A stretch of DNA of 64,000 nucleotides from NCBI GenBank assembly GCA_951406725.2, contig OX597815.1, forward strand, positions 142,600,001 through 142,664,000. The letters run 5' to 3'. A program made the translations under genes and the position numbers. Position 1 is the first letter of the stretch. Each line of letters starts with the position of its first letter. This DNA comes from Octopus vulgaris (lineage: Eukaryota). This document shows, piece by piece, positions 55,998-64,000 of this stretch. Below the pieces are notes generated by a model. It had not been told where the DNA came from, did no database searches, and saw only the letters and a program-made list of their open reading frames with translations.

Positions 55998-57678
55998 ATA
56001 AGGGACTAAAGCCATCTGAAAATGGCTAGGGACAGGGCAGGGTGGTGGGGGTGTTACTGTTGCATTTAGCCCCAGGCGAACATCGACGTCACCAGAAAGG
56101 CTCGACACCGTCACGGTGTCCTTATCCTGCAAAGGGAGGTAATTCCCCGATGAAGCGGAAACCACACACGGACCATGGTTTCAAGGTGTATTGCCTATCG
56201 TCGGCGTGTGTCTATATCTCTTTTAGAGAATTATTATTGCTTTCGAACAGATTTTCGAAATCAGCAAATGTATTTTGCTTGAAAATCTATATATGAATAT
56301 CCTGCAGAGTGAGGATTCGTCGAGGAAGCGGAAGCCTACCCCACGCCGACGATAGGCAATACACCTTGAAACCATGGTCCGTGTGTGGTTTCCGCTTCAT
56401 CGGGGAATTACCTCCCTTTGCAGGATAAGGACACCGTGACGGTGTCGAGCCTTTCTGGTGACGTCGATGTTCGCCTGGGGCTAAATGCAACAGTAACACC
56501 CCCACCACCCTGCCCTGTCCCTAGCCATATTCAGATGGCTTTAGTCCCTTATGTTATCGAGCAGTTACTGTCTATATCTCTTTTAGAGAATTATTATTGC
56601 TTTCGAACAGATTTTCGAAATCAGCAAATGTATTTTGCTTGAAAATCTATATATGAATATCCTGCAGAGTGAGGATTCGTCGAGGAAGCGGAAGCCTACT
56701 CCACGCCGACGATAGGCAATACACCTTGAAACCATGGTCCGTGTGTGGTTTCCGCTTCATCGGGGAATTACCTCCCTTTGCAGGATAAGGACACCGTGAC
56801 GGTGTCGAGCTTTCTGGTGACGTCGATGTTCGCCTGGGGCTAAATGCAACAGTAACACCCCCACCACCCTGCCCTGTCCCTAGCCATATTCAGATGGCTT
56901 TAGTCCCTTATGTTATCGAGCAGTTACTGTCTATATCTCTTTTAGAGAATTATTATTGCTTTCGAACAGATTTTCGAAATCAGCAAATGTATTTTGCTTG
57001 AAAATCTATATATGAATATCCTGCAGAGTGAGGATTCGTCGAGGAAGCGGAAGCCTACCACACGCCGACGATAGGCAATACACCTTGAAACCATGGTCCG
57101 TGTGTGGTTTCCGCTTCATCGGGGAATTACCTCCCTTTGCAGGATAAGGACACCGTGACGGTGTCGAGCCTTTCTGGTGACGTCGATGTTCGCCTGGGGC
57201 TAAATGCAACAGTAACACCCCCACCACCCTGCCCTGTCCCTAGCCATATTCAGATGGCTTTAGTCCCTTATGTTATCGAGCAGTTACTGTCTATATCTCT
57301 TTTAGAGAATTATTATTGCTTTCGAACAGATTTTCGAAATCAGCAAATGTATTTTGCTTGAAAATCTATATATGAATATCCTGCAGAGTGAGGATTCGTC
57401 GAGGAAGCGGAAGCCTACCACACGCCGACGATAGGCAATACACCTTGAAACCATGGTCCGTGTGTGGTTTCCGCTTCATCGGGGAATTACCTCCCTTTGC
57501 AGGATAAGGACACCGTGACGGTGTCGAGCCTTTCTGGTAACGTCGATGTTCGCCTGGGGCTAAATGCAACAGTAACACCCCCACCACCCTGCCCTGTCCC
57601 TAGCCATATTCAGATGGCTTTAGTCCCTTATGTTATCGAGCAGTTACTGTCTATATCTCTTTTAGAGAATTATTATTG
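55998..57678 (+). mobile_element. Multimeric non-coding retro-insertion: 5' inverted segment + four 359-360-bp tandem units + ~30-bp partial unit, 13-bp TSD
   Basis: CAAATTATATACT at 55985-55997 and 57679-57691; units start at 56210, 56570, 56929, 57289, 57649; 55998-56210 is the reverse complement of part of the unit. Confidence 0.9.
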
Positions 57679-58344
57679 CAAATTATATACTCCGTTCAGT
57701 AAAAAGTCCTTAGTTTAATTAATAAACATTCCTGATGAAAATTCTTTCTTAAACGTACTATAACTATACATATATGGATTAACTTTGAACATACTTAAGC
57801 CTCATTTTTTCATTATCATATTCTTTCTAATCACATTCCCACTAAAAAAAAAGAATATGCCCAATACTACCCAGTATATTTCGTTCTAGAAAAAAAAGAC
57901 AGAAAATCCTCTTGTGTTTAAACGAACTGGGTCACGTTACACAACATACACACGGCTAGTTTTCGCTCGAGCCTGCTTTGTAAATCGTATCACAGGTATC
58001 GAATTGATAGGATCTTTAAAATACCTTAATTTGCAACTATCTAGCTTCAAATCAAGCAATATTCAGAATTATATGGATAATTTTGTCCCATCTTACATCC
58101 ATTTACGACGCCATTTTCGGCTGTTGATTTAGATTTATTGCTTATTTTATGTCAGGTCTTCAGCATCATTGCCAACTATAAATTGTTCTTTATATGAGTT
58201 TGATTATATATATATTGTGTGTGTGTGTGTGTGTGTGTGTCAGTGTGAGCTTGTGTGTGAGAGTGTATGTATAGCAGTATCTATCTATGTGCGCCAGTGG
58301 ACGTGTATGTGATTCTGTATGTATGCAACTATATGTTCCCCCTC

Positions 58345-58386
<42 letters not shown>

Positions 58387-58640
58387 ATATACATACGTAG
58401 GATATAACCCTTCTCCAGTTGCTTTACATTATATCAAGTAACATTTAAGATTCATTCCCCCTAGAATCCTTTTATTCAGTTTCAGCAAAATTTTCTGATA
58501 TTCAAATAATCATCTTCCTTATAACACTACTCTGTAACAATTTTCATTTGCATATTTCGTAATCTCTGGATGATCGGAAGCAATATACCACAAACATTCC
58601 CAACAATCTGGGGCCCAACAAAGTATCATTTATATATAAA

Positions 58641-58733
<93 letters not shown>

Positions 58734-58939
58734 GTATGTATACACATACATGTATACAGGGGTACAAGAAGGAAACCAGAATTTCGCAATATTACTTTAT
58801 TCATGTAGTTTTACATGTTTGCCTTCAAAGAATTCTCCATTCGAAGCAATGCATCAGTCCAGGAGCGTTTTCATTTATTCGACGTACTGTTGCAAACTCT
58901 TGCAAAGTGATGCATTTTAACTTCTTCTACATTCGGAAA

Positions 58940-60420
58940 TTCCGTAACACCACCTTTCGTCACTAGGTGCTATAGGACCTTTGCAACCGAGAGAAGCTTG
59001 AAGATACATCAAGGAAAGACTTGTATGAAGAGGACGGGACAGTGTTGATCATCTGATTGTAAAACACGTGGCAAATCATCTCCGGACTCAAACCTCAGCT
59101 ATTCGATAAATGCTACAGCAAAAACCTATTTTCGACATAAAACTAAAGGTTATGAGACTGGTACATCAAACAGTACTCCCACGAGGTTTTCTTTGGCCTG
59201 CTGCTAATGAGAAAGGAAGATAGGAATAGATTGAGAACAAGGTATGTCAAGATCTTTAGAAAATGACGGGATATACTGAGGAGAAACTGGGAAAGTTAAC
59301 AAGCTCAATATACTATACAGGAAAGAAATTATTTGGAATGAAATATGGGACCCGATTAACGAAATGTAAGTGTGGAACAAACATAAGGATCAGGAAAATG
59401 AAACAGTTGAGGAGGGAAAAGAACAGCCAAAGAAAGCAATGGAAACGTGTGGGGCATGACGAAAAACCTGGCCTCGGGCAACTGTACGAAGATTTAAAAA
59501 GGAAACGCCGTTATGGGCAACAGCATATCCGCCGATATGAGCGAAGTAAAGAAACAAAAAGGACTCGTGAACAGTTCCTGAAGACCCCGTACAGGGTTAC
59601 TAACAACCAGTTCACTAAACCGAAGAGCGGCAGTTTATCGTGCACAAAAGAATTGGATGCTCATATCAAAGGAACCTTCAGCGATCCAGACCATAACCAG
59701 CCACTGCCACTTATTATTTGAGCTAAAGCATCCCTTAGAGCTTCATATTGAATTTCAAATTGGGGACATCAGAGAGAAAAAGGTGAATGATTTTGTGAGA
59801 AAAGCTAGAGCAAAGGGTGCCCCAGGATGTGATGGCGTCTCGTATAAAGTATATAGATATTGCAATCGTTCCGCTCCGACAGTTGTGAAGCGAAGAGATT
59901 CTAGTAAAGGATTGGTGTAAGGCAGAAGGCATATACCGGCCGCAGGAGGCCAATGCAGACTATAAAACAGTTTCGGCCAATATCCTTATTGAATTTGGAA
60001 GGCAAGATCTTTATGGGAATTCTCTCAAGAACAGTGGTATATGTACATAATAATGGATATGTTGATGACTCTGTTCAAATGGCCGGAATCCCTGAAATCC
60101 CTGAATGCGTTGATCATTGTTTTTCGATTCAGAAAGCGATCCAGAATACCAAGCAGAACAAGACAAATCTGAACGTGGTATGGCTTAATCCAGCTAAAGC
60201 AGTGCCACACGAATTACAGATGGGAGCCACTTCCACTTTTCGGAGAAATGAGGTCTACAGCTAGAAATTTTACAACAGATTGGCAGCGATTGGAGACTGG
60301 CATTGCTGCTGGCTGCATAGTATCTGTCACGTGGTTTATTATAATCATGGAGATGCTTTTGAAAGCAGCGGACTTTTCACCCATGTACAATCACCTAAGA
60401 AGGCCTCCGTGGATGTCGCG
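58940..60420 (+). mobile_element. Decayed HERO-like (R2/NeSL group) non-LTR retrotransposon, RT region
   Basis: WPAANEK, REQFLKTPY, KARAKGAPGCDGVSYKVYRYC, QFRPISLLNLEGKIF, VQMAGIP..CVDH, VVWLNPAKA, TTDWQRLETGIAAGCIVS; multiple stops and frameshifts. Confidence 0.8.
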
Positions 60421-60424
60421 GCAC

Positions 60425-61000
60425 TTCTAGAACTGGAAACTACAGTAGCAACAACGATGATGGCACCGGAGGCAGCGACAGTGACAGAAACACCAGCTCT
60501 GACACCAACGAACCGAGTACCAACACCTTGGCCAGAAAGAACAACCAGTACGGTGCCAAGGACACCGAGTAGGTAACCAGTGACACCAGATCCAACACTA
60601 CGGCTAGAGAGGATGACCGGATCATTTTCAGTGACAAAGAGGAAGTAACAGGCAGCGGCACCCATAACACTGCCGGCAGAAACAGCGTTAATCCTACAGC
60701 CAGACAGGGCCAAAACACCGACAACAATCCGCGGTAATAACAGATATACCAGCACTTCCAGACCATTGCGCCATAATGATAGGAGCCCCAGAAACACCAA
60801 TAGCACCAAGAAATCCCCAGGTCCAGAGCCAAACAGAGATACACCAGGAATGAGAACATACCTAGTAGATACATCGGATCGACCAGCACACCTTTCAAGC
60901 GACGCTTCTCCAACAACTTGTCGTCCTTCAGGGTCCCAGAAAGACGTTTCGTTACATCCCCGAGTAACCATGTGTAACGCCTCAGAGATGAAGGGACCCC
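60425..61000 (+). mobile_element. Thr/Pro-rich GC-richer insert, possibly an LTR-element 3' region
   Basis: Abruptly replaces the HERO-like RT; T/P/A-rich reading frames and an RPAHL-like motif; no catalytic motif. Confidence 0.25.
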
Positions 61001-61440
61001 ATCTAATATCAGGTACAAGATTTTAGAACAACCAGGCCCATATACTAATGGGAACAAACGCTGAAAAATCTACGTCGCTGAGCGAGCCAAAATTCTTAAA
61101 AACTGCGTTATATGTACACAGAAATATGTACACAGTGTGTCCATTTCAAGCGCCACCTTCTACAAAATTAAATTGGGTATCTCCGTTTACTGATTAGGCT
61201 AGTAGGATACCTTACGAAATGGACCCAGACTCCCAATTAATCGATAGTCCAGGTGAGACAACCCGTCCTCGCTAACGGATTTTTAAAAATTTCATAACGT
61301 TTGACCAATTGATCATAGCATTTCTCCGCCTCTGCGAGATGATGGATTAAATTTGTCTTTATATAGAATGTGATGAGGTGTCCACAAGGCTGCAGAGGTT
61401 TCGCATCCACTGGTCACTATATACATATGTATATATATAA

Positions 61441-61479
<39 letters not shown>

Positions 61480-61849
61480 CGTGCGTGTGTATACACATAT
61501 GTGCATATACCGGTCGTCGTTGACTTACGACAGATTGGCTTCACGACGGTTGACCCCCGCTTCCCCAACTCCCGGCAGCAATAAAATAGTGCAGCTGAAA
61601 TCTAATGTGTTTACTTTCTTAGAAATGAGCCCTTCTACGGATGAAGTCAGCTAACAAACGCTTCCTCTACGTTTGGTTATCAATCACCACTCTACTGGAC
61701 AACTATACTGTCGTGGAGACATCGAAGCAATCTCGTATTTGTTCATAAGACGCCTGCTTGAGACTCCAAAATCTTTGACCAACGCCAGTATAATAGTATA
61801 ATACAGAATGATGTGTGAAACTTTCACCTGAGAATCTACCTTAATAATG

Positions 61850-61892
<43 letters not shown>

Positions 61893-62165
61893 ATATGTGT
61901 ATGTGTGTGTGTGTGTGTGCATATATGTACGTATGTATGTATATGTATGCATAAATTTATGCAGGGAGGTCTCAAAATCAAGAAGTACGTACAGTTCTAC
62001 AAACAGTCTGCATTTGGTAGTGTGCCTCATTCTCTGGAGAATGCCACTGTGAGACCGGGTAATCTATTTGGAGGGTATTTAACGATTTAAACACTGTAAT
62101 TGGGTGGTAGGACAAGTTAATAACATTAGTCTTCCTGTTGCGTCCCTGAGTGTATACATCAACAG

Positions 62166-62241
<76 letters not shown>

Positions 62242-64000
62242 CTTTGCCGCAATTTTATTCCACCGAATGACGGTGAAGCTTTAAAAACTAGCCGAAATAT
62301 TCCATACATTTGCCGATGAAAGTGGACATGAATATATTCTTCATGAAGTGTCTGTAAATTTCCTTTATTTTGAAATGTTGCTTTTTGTATTGTAATTATT
62401 CATTTGCTAACCAGAAAAAGATATTTAAATACTTCAAGGATTATTTTAAAATCTAATATTAATACTAAGCAGCGCTGGTATTTTATTCATTAAAAGCGAG
62501 GTTACTGTATAATATTTTTTTAGAGCCGTCATGACAGTTAAAAGGAAATTAATGAATCCAAGTTCCAAGTGAAGAATCACGCTAAGCTGTAACGTCAAAG
62601 GATAAAATGATAGCTATTCAACAAATGAAAGGTACTGACAGACTGATTAGAGTTTGTAGGGCTATAAATTGTCTCCGTCGGCTATAAAAACATTATGATT
62701 AATGCATAGTAAAAACAATGTAAGAAGATGCAAAAGTACGTGTGACACAATTCAGTTATTTTCGCTATAATCTAATGCCTAAAGAGATGTTATTGCCATT
62801 TTAGCTGGGAGAAATGATCAAAACGAATTAATTTGATTAAAACTATAGTTTATGATGAAGCAAAATCTGTTTTTTATATTATCTAAAGTTGAGAGAGGAG
62901 ATGAAATATTTGTAGGTTACAAGGACTTATTGACCTCTATAAGTCTTGTATTAAGTGTCATAGTATTAAGATAAATGACAATGCATCGAGATCAGATATC
63001 GAAGTAGTTAAAGAAGTCTTTGAAGATTGGTAGCTCATTGTTTAGAGGGTAGTTACTCTGAGAGGTATATTTTCAACATAGTTGAGACGGAGTTGTATTA
63101 GAAATGAATGTCTTCAGCCATCTTTATTACCTTTATAGAAAAATCCAACAGAGAATTACATAGAACTATTAAGGTCAGGTTACCTATAAGACGGCTTCCT
63201 TTCAAAAATTATTCGAGTGAGAAAGCCTTTCGTCCACCGCTAGGAAATATGTTGTGCATTAATATTAGAAAATATCTTACATGTATCTATCAATTTGAAT
63301 TTTCGCATTGGTGCACAAGGCATTTTTGCGTCGCTGTATAAAACAACTGGATAGAGAATGATTAGCTACGATTTATATTAAACACACTGAGCTAGACACA
63401 AGCATTGGTATGATTATAACTATTTACTGGTGGTCATTTATCATTTTAACTACAACTTCAATTTAATTTGGAATGGACTGAACGTAATTTTACGTTATTA
63501 TGAAGTATCATCTCGAAAGATTTTGGGCCGGCACAGGATAGTACATCAAGTATACAAAGGGTAGATGGAGAAGTTTAATTCATATTTTAAAGGATCCAAG
63601 CTCCTTAGACTTATTCGTTGTTAATAGTACTTGTGAGATATCACCAGACAATTGATGTTGTCTCGCCACTTTTGAACGAGATTCATGCAGTAGGTTCACT
63701 GTGATTTAGTAATGCATTTAACGTTTAATTAATTAAATAATTACATATTTATATTACTTATGAAAAGGTATGATATGTGGGTGTTTCGATATATGTATAT
63801 AAACGTATTTCGCTAACACGCATTTCCGTCATCAATAGGCATATATGACGCGCGTGCGCAAACACACTCAGATACACACTCACACGCACTCACACAAGTA
63901 TACACTATTCTGCACATACATTCACACACACACACACACACACACTTACACCTTCGCATACTCACACACACCCAAACACATACTCACACGCTCATAGAAT

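Noticed and set aside
56385-56405. ccgatgaagcggaaac (minus strand) as a hammerhead core
   Set aside because: No room for stem II between the core halves; the bases belong to the long hairpin
56440-56570. Twister, HDV or pistol assignment of the shared motif
   Set aside because: Only local resemblance (CCTGGG..GCTAA, TAA-ctgctc, AGCCC.AG); the required P1/P2/P3 or pseudoknot partners could not be placed
56210-57678. CRISPR array or rRNA/5S/snRNA tandem cluster
   Set aside because: No variable spacers, eukaryotic context, and no similarity I can recognise to 5S, tRNA or spliceosomal RNAs
56042-57718. Repeated 73-85 aa ORFs (MVGVLLLHLAPG.., MVSASSGNY..) as a tandem gene family
   Set aside because: No domain signal; both are broken by a 1-bp deletion in unit 2; they repeat only because the unit repeats

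Overview
AT-rich, microsatellite-saturated eukaryotic DNA. The repeat content resembles a coleoid cephalopod (Octopus-like) genome, which is an inference. No intact host gene is recognisable, and almost all short ORFs in the track are microsatellite artefacts. Recognisable content: (i) one uninterrupted APE+RT LINE ORF of the CR1/L2 group inserted in (TA)n, plus an older truncated copy; (ii) several decayed R4/Dong-type REL-endonuclease LINEs next to (TAA)n tracts; (iii) decayed Gypsy, HERO-like, Penelope-like, mariner and Helitron pieces; (iv) tRNA-derived SINEs; (v) an actin pseudogene; (vi) a U6 snRNA 3' fragment abutting a SINE head; (vii) many small non-coding units with minimal hammerhead motifs. 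The most interesting object is a 1.68-kb non-coding insertion (55998-57678) flanked by a perfect 13-bp duplication. It consists of an inverted segment plus four near-identical, highly structured 360-bp head-to-tail units. Its core motif (GTCGATG..CCTRGGGCTA) recurs in otherwise dissimilar fold-back-plus-tail elements at 52.5 and 53.3 kb, suggesting a family of retrozyme/Penelope-parasite-like RNA elements with a structured motif I cannot assign to a known class.
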